Source: Octopus vulgaris (taxonomy: Eukaryota). From it: a stretch of 64,000 bases of DNA. Position numbers and translations under genes: made by a program. This document shows positions 38,106-51,659 of this stretch, in pieces. A model generated the notes under the pieces. That model was not told where the DNA came from. It searched no databases and saw only the letters and a list, made by a program, of their open reading frames with translations. The stretch spans positions 75,330,001 to 75,394,000 of the forward strand of contig OX597825.1 of assembly GCA_951406725.2 (NCBI GenBank). Reading direction: 5' to 3'. The first letter of the stretch is position 1. Each line of letters starts with the position of its first letter.

Positions 38106-40064
38106 GCGCGTTATACAAATAATCAGTTGCTGGAACTCCGTGTGCTTAGATTTTGCAGTAAACCAGTACAAAGTGCAAAATCAATTGATAAATGAATAAC
38201 GAAAGAATTGTGGCTATTGTCTCCCCTGCACTGTTTCTCATTGTCCAGGTGCTATCCTATTGGGACCAGACTATAAAGGATAGCAGACCAATAGATATAC
38301 AGACAGGAGGGGTACCTAATACAAGTGCCACTAACAAAGGTAATAGTAGTAAGGATAGAAATCTCTGTAATTGTGGTAAAAATAAAATTTGTCCCTTAAA
38401 TACACCATGTTTCAGGAAGAATTTAGTATAGGCGCAGGAGGGGCTGTGTGGTAAGTAGCTTGCTTACCAACCACATGATTCCTAACACCAACCACTCCAA
38501 GAGTGCAGTGGATGCTTTTATGGGCCACTGGCACAAGGGCCAGTCAGATGGTACGTCTGCCGTTTCGTTGTGAGTTCAAATTCCGCCGAGGTCGACTTTA
38601 CCTTTCATCCTTTCGGAGTCGATAAATTAAGTACCAGTTACGCACTGGGGTCGATGTAATCGACTTAATACCTATGTCTGTCCTTGTTTGTCCTCTCTAT
38701 GTTTAGCCCCTTGTGGGTAATAAAGAAATAGGTACTGGCAATGACCATGCTCAAAAGGTGGGGTTTTTTAACGTTCCACCTGCATGGGAGCCAGTCTGGC
38801 GGCACTGGCAACGACCATGCTCGAATGTTGTTTTTCACGTTCCACTGGCACATGTGCCAGTAAAGCGACGCTGGCAATGATCACACTTGAATGGTACTTT
38901 TTATATGCCACCGGCCCTGGTAACGATCATGCTTGGATGGTGCGTTTAACGTTCCGCTGGCACGAGTGCCAATCAGGCGGTACTGTCATTGGCCACGTCA
39001 GCGATTTTGATTTCACTTCGCAAGCAGTTTATTGTCTAATGAATGAAGGATACTCATAAATGGGCTGGGTATACACCACTGGCTTAGGCCACGAATTATG
39101 GTCTCACTTGGCTTGTCGGGTCTTCTCAAGCACAGCATATCTCCAAAGGTCTCGGTCACTAGTCCTTACCTCGGTGACGCCCAATGTTTGAAGGTCGTGC
39201 TTCACCACCTCATCGCAGGTCTTCCTGGGTCTACCTCTTCCACGTGTATAATAAACACAAATGATACAATTATGGCTAACAATCATAGTTAACAACAATA
39301 CATGGGAAATAACTCTTCTATTCCTCCTTGGAAATGCTATAATTATTCACTATTTTTCACTGTTCTGTTCTTTTTTCTTTTTTACTGGCACTGAGTTAAA
39401 CACTGTCCGTATATACTTCCACCATAAATATTACCAAGGGCAATACATCGACCCCAGTGCGTAACTAGTACTTATTAATCGACTCCGGAAGGATGAAAGG
39501 CAAAGACGACCTTGGCGGAATTTTACTCAAAACGTAACGGCAGACGAAATGCCGCTAAGCATTTTGCCCGGCGTGCTAACGATTCTGCCAACTCGCCGCT
39601 GTTAGACAACAAATACTGGCTGTCAATTTCACTTTTCATTACCACATGAGGATAAAATTAACTCACAAATGGCTCAGTACTCCACAGACATGCACAACAT
39701 TAATATAGTTCTCAGGGAGATTCAGCCTCACACAGAATATAACAAGGCTGGGCCCTTTGAATTACAGCTACAACTTGAGACATATATATATATATATATA
39801 TATATAGTATTTGTGTGTGTGTGTATAGTTTAGGTTAGTTAAAACATATTTGCAATAATAAGTTTCGCGTGGTGGAAATAAATTCAATTACCAAACTTTC
39901 ATTCATAAATCTATTTATTATTTCGTTTTTTTTCCGTTTCAATTTGTACACTTGTACCCAGAAGTTTTCAACAACTGCACGCCAGAAGAAATGGAAAAAA
40001 TGAGTAATTCTGACTGTCTTGTTATAAATGAAAAAGTATATTATACCGTCTCCAACGTATGATA

Positions 40065-40109
40065 CACACGGACTCGAGTTTCTGGGTATTGACCCGTCAT
40101 CGGTGTGTG
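40065..40109 (-). ncRNA. minimal Penelope-type hammerhead motif (left arm of foldback)
   Basis: Minus: CACACA CCGATGA C GGGT caat ACCC A GAAA CTCGAG TC CGTGTG; palindromic ACTCGAGT stem III; GUC triplet. Confidence 0.7.
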
Positions 40110-40114
40110 ACAAT

Positions 40115-40159
40115 CACACGCCAATGACGGGTCAATACCCAGAAACTCAAGTCCGTGTG
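40115..40159 (+). ncRNA. minimal Penelope-type hammerhead motif (right arm of foldback)
   Basis: Plus: CACACG CCAATGA C GGGT caat ACCC A GAAA CTCAAG TC CGTGTG; perfect 6-bp stem I, two CpG-type lesions. Confidence 0.65.
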
Positions 40160-40379
40160 TATCATAAGTTGGACACGGGAAGGATGGCTTCCCTCTGCAA
40201 ATACTGATAGGTCACAGAAAGTGTGTCTATAGCCAGCTGGAGGAGGTGTCCTCCTGGGGCTACAAACTACAGTAGCATCCACCCTTAGGGGTTAGCCATA
40301 TTTAAATGGCAAATATACGTCATGATGTATTGCAGCTACTGTTTATAACTCGCTCTAAGATTTATTATATATTATACCA

Positions 40380-40812
40380 GAGGCGCTTAAAACGTACTTA
40401 AGCACAGATTCAGTGTCCTGCATTAATGAAGAGGAGGTTCAGAACTATCCATCTGAATTCATAAACTCACTCACTCACTCCGGTATGCTTCCTCATTGCC
40501 TCAACTTAAAAACAGAGGCTATTGTAATGCTGCTAAGAAATCTTTCGATCAGTCAAGGATTATGTAATGAAACTCGCATGAAAGTGCAAAGACTTCATTG
40601 AGCATTGTGTAGAGGCATCATCGGTAACAGGCTCCACCAGTGGTCGTACAGTTCTAATTCCCAGAATTAAACTTAGCTCAAGTGATGCAAATATTCCATT
40701 CACACTAAACAGACTTCAGTTTCCACTTCGACTTGTATATACAATGACAATTAATTAGGCTCAAGGGCAAACATTTGAAAAAATTGGAATACATTTGTCT
40801 CAACCGGTATTT

Positions 40813-40881
<69 letters not shown>

Positions 40882-41641
40882 TATGTATGAATGTATGTAT
40901 GTGGCTACGCATTTCGCCCAGCTACGCATTTCGCTGAACGGCTTTATATATATATATATATATGGCAAATATACGTCATGATGTGTTGCAGCTACTGTTT
41001 ATAACTCGCTCTAAGATTTGACCACAAATCCTTTTCTTACCACTTATCAGTAGACAATAAGCAACTCCTTGATAGATAAATCCCAGAAAATGCTTTCTCT
41101 ATTGTTAGAAGTGGGGATAATTGGGTCACTGGAGGTCACTTATTCCTTTCCCACCCCTACTAAAAACCTTTATATATATAAAAGGCGAACTGGCAGAAAC
41201 GTTAGCACGCTGGGCGAAATGCGTAGCCGTATTTCGTCTGCCGTTATGTTCTGAGTTCAAATTCCGCCGAGGTTGACTTTCATCCTTTCGGGGTCGATAA
41301 ATTAAATACCAGTTACGCACTGGGGTCGATATAATTGACTTAATCCGTTTGTGTGTCCTTGTTTGTCCTCTCTGTGTTTAGCCCCTTGTGGGTAGTAAAG
41401 AAATAGGTATTTTCTCATGGCCAATTATATGTCATATTTTCAAGAACACGAGCTATGAAGTAAGAATTATGACACTCAATTGGGATAACAGACAGGGCCA
41501 AAAAGGTGATGTGACATACACAGGAAATATTGTTTACCATGAAGTACTGTGAGGAAGACCACCGCACCAGCTAGCATCACCACCGCACCAGCCGCTAAAT
41601 CATTGCACATCCACATTACACCTTTAAGATCGGGGAACTAG
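40380..41641 (+). mobile_element. Helitron PIF1-like helicase C-terminal fossil, split by an insertion at 40819-41405
   Basis: YPSEFINSL..SGMLPH.LNLK...VMLLRNL....GLCN.TR...VLIPRI...PFTLNRLQFPLRL..TMTIN.AQGQT...PVFSH / GQLYV..SR...RNIVYHEVL*; possible CTAG end at 41638-41641. Confidence 0.9.
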
Positions 41642-41724
41642 TTAGGGGCTCACTGGATTCTCTCGGCATACCAGCAAACTACAAAATCACACCAGTCAGT
41701 ATCACCACTACTTCCAAACCCATC

Positions 41725-42280
41725 ATGCATGCATGCATGCATGCATGTATGTATGTATGTATGTATGTATGTATGTATGTATGTATGTGTGTATGTATGT
41801 GTGTATGCATGTATGTATGTATGCATTTATGCATGTGTGTATATATGTATGTATGTATGTATTTATGTATGCATTTATGTTTGTATGCATGTGTGTATGT
41901 ATATATGTATGTATACATATATGTATGTATGTATGCATGTATGTATGTATGCATGTATGTATGTATGCATGTGTGTATGTATGCATGTGTGTATGTACGT
42001 ATGCATGTATGTATGTATGTATGTATGTATGTATGTATGTATGAATGCATGTGTATGTATGTATGTATGTATGCATGTATGCATGTGTGTATGTATATAT
42101 GTATGTATGCATGTGTGTATGTATATATGTATGTATGCATGTATGTATGTATGCATGCATGCATGCATGCATGCATGCATGCATGCATGTATGTATGTAT
42201 GTATGTATGCGTGCGTGTGTATGTTTGTATGTATGTATGTATGTATGTGTGAATGAGTGTGCGTGTGTGTGTGTGTGTGG
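41725..42280. repeat. (TATG)n/(CATG)n compound microsatellite
   Basis: Direct inspection. Confidence 0.97.
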
Positions 42281-42777
42281 CCACCATCAAATGACTGAAA
42301 CAAGTAAAAGAATAAAAGAATACAGGAAAAACGTTCTGTAATACTAAACCAAGAATGCTCTTAGAATGCATACGATGTATTTAAAGGTTAAATAGTAATC
42401 TCGTTTACGTTTGTGTAACTGAGATATTTTGGTTGGATTATATAGTCATTGGTGTCACATTACTTTCTATATTCTGTAACTGTCACAGTATACTTTTCTA
42501 GGCCTGAAATTTTGCAGGCAGGGGGCGGGGAGGCAGTTGATTAGATCGATCGCAATACACAACTGGTACTTAATTTATCGACTCCGAAAGGACGAAAGGC
42601 AAAGTCGATCTCGGCAGAATTTGAACTCAGAACATAAAGATAGACGGTCATAATACACAAAATTTCTCATGGCACCAATACACTGTTTATATTGTTTGTT
42701 TTCCGTGAATTTTTCACGGGTGCAGCTAATTATTATAATTAAGGATTATCATTATTATTATTACTATTAATAATGTT

Positions 42778-43175
42778 GCAGGCATGACTGTGTGGTAAGA
42801 AGCTTGCTTCCCAACCACATGTTTCCGGGTTCAGTCCCACTGCGTGGCACCTTGGGAAAGTGTCTTCTACTGTAGCCTCGGGCCAACCAAAGCCTTGTGA
42901 GTGGATTTGGTAGACGGAAACTGAAAGAAGCCTGTCGTATATGTATATATATGTGTGTCTATATTTGTCCCCCCACCACCACCACCACTACCATCGCTTG
43001 ACAACCGATGCTGGTGTATTTACGCCCCTGTAACTTAGCCGTTCAGTGAAAGACACCGATTGAATAAGTACTAGGCTTTCAAAGAATAAGTGCTGGGATC
43101 GATTTGTTCGACTAAAGGCAGTACTCCAGCGTGGCCGCAGTCAAATGACTAAAAGAAGTAAAAGAAAAAAATAAA
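42778..43175 (+). mobile_element. SINE family A, ~160 bp upstream of the ARRDC start codon
   Basis: Full-length copy. Confidence 0.88.
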
Positions 43176-43331
43176 AGGTCCATTTTTTTAGTGGTACACC
43201 GCTTGCTCTATATTAGTCGTTGTTCACTCCTATATCGAGAGTGCGCGTGTGTGTGTGGTGGAGGTGGGGGGAGCCATCCTGCTTGCAATCGCAACTGCAG
43301 GCTTGTTGGCACGTAATCCAGCATTTCAGAG

Positions 43332-43449
43332 ATGGGGAAGCTAAGAAGTCTAACGATCCATTTTAACAATCCATCGCGAGTTTATTACGGTGGTCAGAAG
43401 TTGAGTGGACTTGTACAAATTATACTGAATGAACCTATGAAAGCGCGAG
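43332..43449 (+). CDS. ARRDC: alpha-arrestin (arrestin domain-containing protein) coding exon 1
   Basis: MGKLRSLTIHFNNPSRVYYGGQKLSGLVQIILNEPMKAR, an Arrestin_N start; G|GTAAGT donor, phase 1; joins exon 2 in frame. Not in the ORF track. Confidence 0.9.
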
Positions 43450-45795
43450 GTAAGTTAGAGAGGAAAAAAAAGAACTTAGAAAATATTTTATAAACCTTTT
43501 AATTTATTATTTTGTTAAATTTATCTATACGTAAGTTTATTTTGTTTTGATGTTTACTATGTTAGAAAACAAAGGTCATCAGAAGAGAGAATCGAAAAAA
43601 TTTGTGAAAATTCGTACAAATAAGAAAATTATGTTTTAAAACGGACTTCGATCAGAGCTCCGTCCATATTTGAGTGAAACAAAAAAACAAAGCGGGTGGT
43701 CTTGGATGTGCTAGAAACAACAGCCAGGTCTCCCTTAAATCACATAATTTCCTCTGAAAATATTAACAATTTTTTTTTTGTTTTAAACCGAAATCGTTTC
43801 TCCCATGGATTTTAAGTGCGCAGGGGGGAGGGGGGGACACTGCTCAAAATCGGTCCGGACTGGGGTGGTGAGGGATTGGCGGGAGTGAAAAAAAAAATCA
43901 TAAATTTTCAAAATTATTCTTTCTTTGTGAAAAGATGCTTCCCATCATTCGGAAGATTGTGGTGAAAAACTTATGTGGGCCGTCTGATCCGAAACTCCGT
44001 TTTTCAGAAACTCTTCGCTCCTCCCCGCCCCCTTGCAAAAACATGTTGCCAACAAATTTCTTTGTAATCGTAATCTATACCATTTGAAAGGTATTTGTAT
44101 AAAATTTCATTAAAAAATACCCATTTTCCTGAAAGTTATTTGGAGGAAAATGTCGGGTCGCGTAAATTTTCCGAAACACCTCTCCCCGACCCGTAAGAAA
44201 ATTTTTTGGCGACAAATCTTTACATACACTAAATCTACTGGATCTAAGTGGCTATTTGTTGAAAGTTAAAAAGTATCCGTTTTTCTAGAAGTTATGAAGC
44301 AGCAAAGTCAGTGGCGGGTACACTTCTGTAGTTATGCCACTAACAAACCACAGCGTCAAGTCTTCTGCAGTTTAGCGCAAGTTTGATAAAGTGAAAGTGA
44401 CCTATTAAAAATAACAATTATTAAGCTTCCAGGCATCAGTAATTACAATACTGATTGCTTATTCTGTTTAAGTCCACAATTTCAAGTTACACGATACTTG
44501 TAAAGGAATCAAATAAAAATAATATTGATAGTTCTAATGAAATTGAAAGAAAAGAAGAGAAAGAGAGTGCGTTTTGAAAGTTGAGAAAAGTGATTGAATG
44601 TAGAAGAGAGAGAGAGAGAGGCGACGAAAGAAAATGATAGATGGATGGGCGGAATGGCACATTAAAATACAGAAAAGGGTGTCACCTTGAAAGAAAAATA
44701 TAGTTTATGTAACTCGGTTCCTACAAATTCAGTGCGCATCAGATCCACTTAGATGCAAGTGGTAGTAGCAGCGGTAGCGGTGTTGTTGTTTTGTGACGAT
44801 ACAGGATGTTATAATACGTTGGAATTACGTAGAAGAGAGTGTAAAAAGGAAGTGTAAAAAGAAGGAGTGTAAAAAGGAATTAAAAGAAGGAGTGTAAAAA
44901 GGAATTAAAACAAGAGAAACAATGCAAAATATCAATACACAATTCGAACAAGGAATTATTTCTTAACCAAATTAAAGTAAACTTAATAGCAAGTTTAACT
45001 AGGATGTGTTCGAACCCCATAAGGGTTCGAGATAGGCAAAGAGGGAAAGAATATGCTTTATTAAAGTCGCTTTCCAGAATAAAATTAAATTTCTCTTTAA
45101 AATAATTTTGTGATGTTAAGAATACCTATTTTTTTATTACCCACAGGGGGCTAAACATAGAGGGGACAAACAAGGACAAACATAGGTATTAAGTCGATAA
45201 CATCGACCCCAGTGAGTAACTGGTACTTAATTTATCAACCCCCGAAAGGATGAAAGGCAAAGTCGACCTCGGCGGAATTTGAACAGAATACCAAGAACGT
45301 TATCATTCCACAGTATTCTGTAATTCGATTAAAAACATATGTAAATGAATAAACAGAAAATTGACACATCCTCATCAAATGTGATGTTTGTTGTTAAGGG
45401 TTTACGAGTTCTATAAGATTTTTGTATAAATGCGGGTCACATAGACAATGTTGGGAATCATAGCTCTCCGTAATCGTTCGATCTGGTAGAAATAGCTGCT
45501 AAATTTCCCTTAAATTACATCTCATTGGCTTTAAAAGAAGTACACGTGGCGTAACATAACACTGTTCTACATGCAACAAAAATACAAAAGAGAAAAGGCA
45601 AGATGGTTACAGTCGGGATAATTTAGGTCGTAGGACAAACTCGATAAATGCAAACCTGGAGTTAGACAACTGATGGCTTGGAATGTTGAAAATGACAGAA
45701 TCGGAAAAAAAAAATTGTGAAAATTCGTAAAAGTTTTAAAAAGTTTTGAGGGGTTTTTAGTACCAGCTTAGATCAGAACTCCACCAAATGTATTT

Positions 45796-46197
45796 ATACT
45801 CTTTTACTCTTTTACTTGTTTCAGTAATTTGACTGTGGCCATGCTGGAGCACCGCCTTTAGCCGATCGAGCAAGTCGACCCCAGGACTTATTCTTTGTAA
45901 GCCTAGTACTTATTCTATCGGTCACTTTTGCCGAACCGCTAAGTTACGGGGGATGTAAACACACCAGCATCGGTTGTCAAGCGATGTTGGTGAGACAAAC
46001 ACAGACACACAAACACACACACACATATACATACACACGCACACACACACACACACACATATATGCGCTACCAAATCCACTCACAAGGCTTTGGTGGGCC
46101 CGAGGCTATGGTAGAAGACACTTGCCGAAGGTGCCATGCAGTGGTACTGAACCCGGAACCACGTGGTTCGTAAACAAGCTACTGACCACACAGCCAC
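45796..46197 (-). mobile_element. SINE family A
   Basis: Reverse-complement copy. Confidence 0.88.
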
Positions 46198-46552
46198 GGA
46201 GGAAAAAATATTGGGAAACATCAATAGATGTGGGAGTGAGAAAGAAACAAGGAGAGAGGTCTCGGGATGTGCTAGAAATAACAACCAGATCTCTCTTAAA
46301 TCACACATTTTCATTTGAGAATATTAACAATTTTTTTAAACCGAAAATGTTTCTCCCATGGATTTTAAGAACATAATGAGAAAAAAAAAAATTGGTCAAA
46401 ATCGGTCCGGGTTGGGATGGGGTAGTGAAGGGGTGACGGGAGTGAAAAACATCATAGATTTTCAAAATGTTTCTTTTTCGTGAAAAGATACCTCCCATCA
46501 TTTGAAAGACTGGTGAGGGAAAAATTTAGAAAAAGAAAAGAACCCTGTCAAA

Positions 46553-46708
46553 GGGGTGGCTTTGTGGTAAGTAGCTTGTCTACCAACTACATGGTTCCGG
46601 GTTCAGTCCCACTGCGTGGCACCTTGGGCAAGTGTCTTCTACTATAGCCTTGGGCCGACCAAAGCCTTGTGAGTGGATTTGGTAGACGGAAACTGAAAGA
46701 AGACCATC

Positions 46709-46756
<48 letters not shown>

Positions 46757-47170
46757 TCATCATCGTTTAACGTCCGTTTTCCATGCTAGCATGGGTTGGA
46801 CGGTTCAACTGGGGTCTGGGAAGCCAGAAGGCTGCGCCAGGCCCAGTCTGATCTGGCAGTGTTTCTACAGCTGGATGCCCTTCCTAACGCCAACCACTCC
46901 AAGAGTGTAGTGGGTGCTTTATATTTATATATATATATATGTATGTATGTATGTGTGTGTATATGTTTGTGTGTCTGCGTTTGTCCCCCCAACATCGCTT
47001 GACAAGCGATGCTGGTGTGTTTACGTCCTCGTAACTTAGCGGTTCGGCAAAAGAGACCGATAGAATAAGTACTAGGCTTACAAAGAATAAGTCCTGGCGT
47101 TGATTTGCTCGACTAAAGGTGGTGCTCCAGCATGGCCACAGTCACATGACTGAAACAAGTAAAAAGTAAG
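46553..47170 (+). mobile_element. SINE family A with a family C fragment nested in its TA tract
   Basis: Head and tail of family A separated by 46755-46920. Confidence 0.85.
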
Positions 47171-47507
47171 TATTCCAACTTGTGTGAGCCGTTTAATCTG
47201 AAACTCCATTTTTCAGAAACCCTTCCTCATGTCCCCTTGCAAAAAAATTTTGCTACCAAATTCAGATGAAGAATGTCTGGTCGAGTGAATTTTCCGAAAC
47301 TCCCCAACCCCTCAGAAAATTTTTTGGCCACAAATCTTTACATACAATCAATCTACAGGATTTGAGTGGTTATTTGTTGAAAGTTTCATTAAAAGTATCC
47401 ATTTTTCTGGAAGTTATGAGGCAACAAAGTCGGTTGGGGGTACGCATTTGTAGTTATGCCTCCTTGTTTATTACATAATATATTTTGGGGAATAATTAAG
47501 AATTTTG

Positions 47508-48265
47508 GGATCTTTTCCTTTTGAACGGCACTTTGTAACATAATTTCTAGGTAACTAAAAAGTTTTAAACTTCGTATACTGGTAGAATGTGTTTTATTGA
47601 GAAAATTCTATAGATTGTAATATATTTCGTCTGAAATTTCAAGCATTTCGGCAATTTTAGCCAATCGATTACCTCCATTGAGTTAAAATCATTTGCTGCG
47701 TAACAATTAAATTAATTTAACAATTAAGAAAAAGAAATTTAGGGTTAGGGTGAGGTTTAGGGTTAGTGACAGAATGCTGTCTCAGTTTTAGACGCAGCAA
47801 ATGATTTTAACTCGATTGGTTAAAATTTGAAAAATTAAACTACGTTAAACAAACGAATTACAATTTTATCAAGAAAGCCAAGAGAAAAAATGTTTTATTT
47901 TGACATATTCTACCAGTATACAAGTTTTAAAGTGTTTAGTTAACTGAAATTGTGTGCCGTTCAAAGAAAAGATCTGAATTGAATCTAACAATTAAATTAA
48001 TTAAAATTAGAAAAAGAAATTTAGGGTTAGGGTGAGGTTTTAGGGTTAGTGACAGAATGCTGTCTCAGTTTTAGACGCAGCAAATGATTTTAACTCGATT
48101 GGTTAAAATTTGAAAAATTAAACTACTTTAAACAAACGAATTACAATTTTATCAAGAAAGCCAAGAGAAAAAAATGTTTTATTTTGACATATTCTACCAG
48201 TATACGAAGTTTTAAAGTGTTTAGTTAACTAGAAATTGTGTGCCGTTCAAAAGGAAAAGATCTGA
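47508..48265. mobile_element. MITE with internal TTAGGG repeats and a tandemly duplicated right half
   Basis: TIRs GATCTTTTCCTTTTGAACGGCAC / GTGCCGTTCAAA(AG)GAAAAGATC; 47701-47980 repeated at 47987-48268. Confidence 0.8.
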
Positions 48266-49228
48266 ATTTTTTTTTTCTGTCATTGATATTGAATCAATTT
48301 TGTTTTTTTGGCCTTTTTAACCCAATAGTTTATGTGCTATTATTTATAACTTTATCATGTTTTCACCTTATATAAGTTATATGTACAGTTTTTACCTATA
48401 TATTAAGTATGTAGAACGACCATGCGAAAGGAGAGGTGACGAATGAAGGACTCATTTAATACACCATCAATTTCAGCCAATTTTAATGTATAGATAGATA
48501 ATTTGTAAACAAACCCGAAAAGAAAAGAAAGACAACACAACCGTAGAATGTTAAGAGAAAGGTTTTATTTAGGTGTTAGCAGAGTGTGTTAGGGTTAGAG
48601 TGACATATTATTAGTATAAATAATATATAATTATAAACCCAATCTGTTTCTTAAACGAGGGACATATTCATACGGCACAGAATGCTTTTTAACTCAATAG
48701 ACGCCAGTGATTCTGTTGTTCACCAGAAGCGATAAATTACAGAACTCAATACAAATGTAGGGTATTTTTCAATGCATTATAACTGAAAGGCTCAAATTTC
48801 CAGAAGTCTGAGTTGCTTGTTTCTTATCATCAGCTGCTAAACCGAGCATACAAAGTTTAAAATTGTTTATTACTTATTCAACGAGGCTTTGGTCAGTCTA
48901 AGTCTATAGTAGAAGACATTTTCCCAAGCGCCTTGCATCCACGTTGCTGGAAAGCAAACTTTTTAACCACACAGTCATACATGTTCTTCATATATGCCTA
49001 TCCTCTTTGTATTGTTACAGGGTTACAAAATGTTAGAGATATTTTTAGCAGAGGCAATATGTTTCTTTTTGTTGTTATAGTTTGTGTTTTGGTTATGGAA
49101 ATTGCTCTTATTTAGTAGGGCAATCGGATTCTTTGGGGGAATAATTAAATTGTTATGTAATGTAATATCTTCCAAGTTAGGCTCAACTATAATTTAGTTT
49201 AAAATGTCAATAGTAATATCTTTATATT

Positions 49229-49260
<32 letters not shown>

Positions 49261-50531
49261 AAAATGAGGAATGTTCATCCAATTGAAAACAGATGCAAAC
49301 TGTGAACTAAACGGAGACACTTTGGTCCATATTTCTGTTATACCTTTTGCTACCAACCCACCTAGGACCATTTCTGGTTCTATGATACAAACTTCCAGTT
49401 GTCCAGTTGCTCTGTATTTTATCTCACACGCATACACCCTTGTTTGTACACACATACACATTTATTGACCTGAAAAAGATAAAAGACAAAGTTGAACTGG
49501 TTAGGATTTGAACTCAGAATGCAGAGAGTAAAAACATACCATAATATTTTCTATTCAATGTTCTAATAATTTTGCCAGTTTCACACCATAAAATAAAACC
49601 TTGGGCCTGGTGCAGCCTTCGGGCTTCCCAGACCCCAGTTGAACCATCCAACCCATGCTAGCATGGAAAGCGGACTTAAACGATGATGATGATGATGATG
49701 ATTATGATGATAATAAGCGTGGCATGATATGATATGATGATAATAAGTATGACATTTATCACCATTTGAATGTGACATTTATCACCACCTAAATAGCCCA
49801 CATGACACCAGTACCTGATCAGGCCCTGTGCTTTTATGTATATTGATAATGGAGTAGTTGCTTCTTTTCCCTGTGGTCAGGCATCTGCCATTGACAGGGC
49901 CATGGACAGCCAAAATGGTGTGAGCTGGAAGTCTTGGTGGCAGCAATTGCTGTGATTGTCTCCTGCTATTGATGTAGATAAGAATGCTTATTGTCATCAG
50001 AAAACCATATGAGAGGTTCTCTCATGGTAACTGTCACAGTATTCTCTGTTCCAACACAACATCCAGAAGAAATATAACAATGCACTTTTCAGATGCTCTA
50101 ACAGTTCTGTCAGCTTGTTACTTTAGACAAGCATGAGAGTAATAAAAAGAATATGAGGGATTTGGCTATTGTGTTGCATTTCTAGAATGATGGCACACTC
50201 CCAAGAGTAAACAGTTTTATAGTCTTCTCTTGAAGTAAGATGACATTCTTATCTCATTTACCAGTGACATGATAAGCTTTATTCTTTTTTAGATGAAAAG
50301 AAAAGTAGACCCTCTTTCTCTCTCTCTCCCTCTATCCATCCTCTCTCTGTCCAGTGTAAACATTGATATTTATGGTAAGACAACCTTGGGGTCACAGAAT
50401 ACTATAAGAATGGATTTTACTATTCTACTACCAAGCAAAAAAAGCATAAAGAACAATTCTACACCATTCAATAAATGTCAGTCACACTTAATTATAATAG
50501 ATACAACACAAAAAATCATACTGGAATAAAA

Positions 50532-50926
50532 TCTATATATATAAAAGTGAGGTTGTGTGGTGTCTGTCTCCTACGATTTAGATTCCTAACTACTCCCACA
50601 TTTTGCGGTGCAGTTTAACCAAAAGCGAGTATCTTATAGTCGTGATTCATATCGAGCCCTTCTGGGTATTAGCGCACATCTACAATGAGTCTACGATTTA
50701 AAAAAAAATTTACCATCATTTTTTCCCATTTTTAATGCATTTCTGGCATATATAAGGGAAGTAACTCTCTAAAAATGTATTATTAAATCTCAGAACGTAA
50801 AAAGCTACAGTAACATCCCCCTTTGTGGTTAGCCATATTGAGATGGCTATTATACTTTACATCTCTAAAAATGCTTATATAGTTATTTCCCTTACCAACC
50901 CGAGCAACGCCGGGCGATACTGCTAG
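50532..50926 (+). mobile_element. non-autonomous Helitron (395 bp)
   Basis: 5' TC, 3' hairpin CCCGAGCAACGCCGGG then CTAG; inserted between A and T; absent from the paralogous site at ~20888. Confidence 0.9.
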
Positions 50927-51029
50927 TTGGATATAATAGATTTAAAGGTTAGACAAACAGCTTTATGTAATCTACTATGAATGAATGAATAAAAGGTTAG
51001 CTCTACTTGCCCCCAATTCCTTATTATCA

Positions 51030-51645
51030 TTTTCTTTTTATCACAAGTTTTGTTGGAGCTCCCAGAGTCTTGTATGCATACATGGCTTACTACCTGCAGC
51101 CTACAGTACCATGTTATTCGTTCTTTTCAGTCATCTAATACTTTCCTGATTATTCTGGCTGTATGAAGGAGGCAAAACTTTTGTAACAGTTCTACTGGGT
51201 ACTTTATTCCAATTTTCTTTATATTCCACTTGATGCCTTCTGGTATTGTTCCTAAGGACCTAACAATAATTGGCATTATCTTCACCTTCTTCATTTTCCA
51301 TAGCCAGGCTATTTTGTATTTAAGAGGATTGTATCTATCTTTTCACCTTCCTTCTTGACTATTCGTAGGTGAAAGGAGCATGCAACATCAACTATATAGC
51401 ATAAATGGTACACCTTGTCCATCACCACTAGGTTTGGTCTGTTATGCTCTAGCACCTGATCTGTTTTGATCAGGAAATCCCAGAGGATTTTGCTAGTCTC
51501 TGACTCAACCACTCTCAGCAGTTTGTGCTAATACCACGTCTTGCCTCTCTCTAGCACTCACTTTTCACACAGTTTCCAATGTAGCACTTTTGCTACCTGG
51601 TTGTGTCACCACAACTTGTAATGGTTTTGGGTAAGTCTGCACAAC
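51030..51645 (-). mobile_element. R4/Dong-like RLE fragment (sibling of 7790-8690)
   Basis: KILWDFLIKTDQVLEHNRPNLVVMDK; lacks the CR1 insertion seen in the left copy. Confidence 0.85.
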
Positions 51646-51659
51646 TCTCAAAGAAAACC

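Noticed and set aside
47738-47766. Telomere or chromosome-fusion site
   Set aside because: Only a few degenerate TTAGGG units, internal to a MITE.
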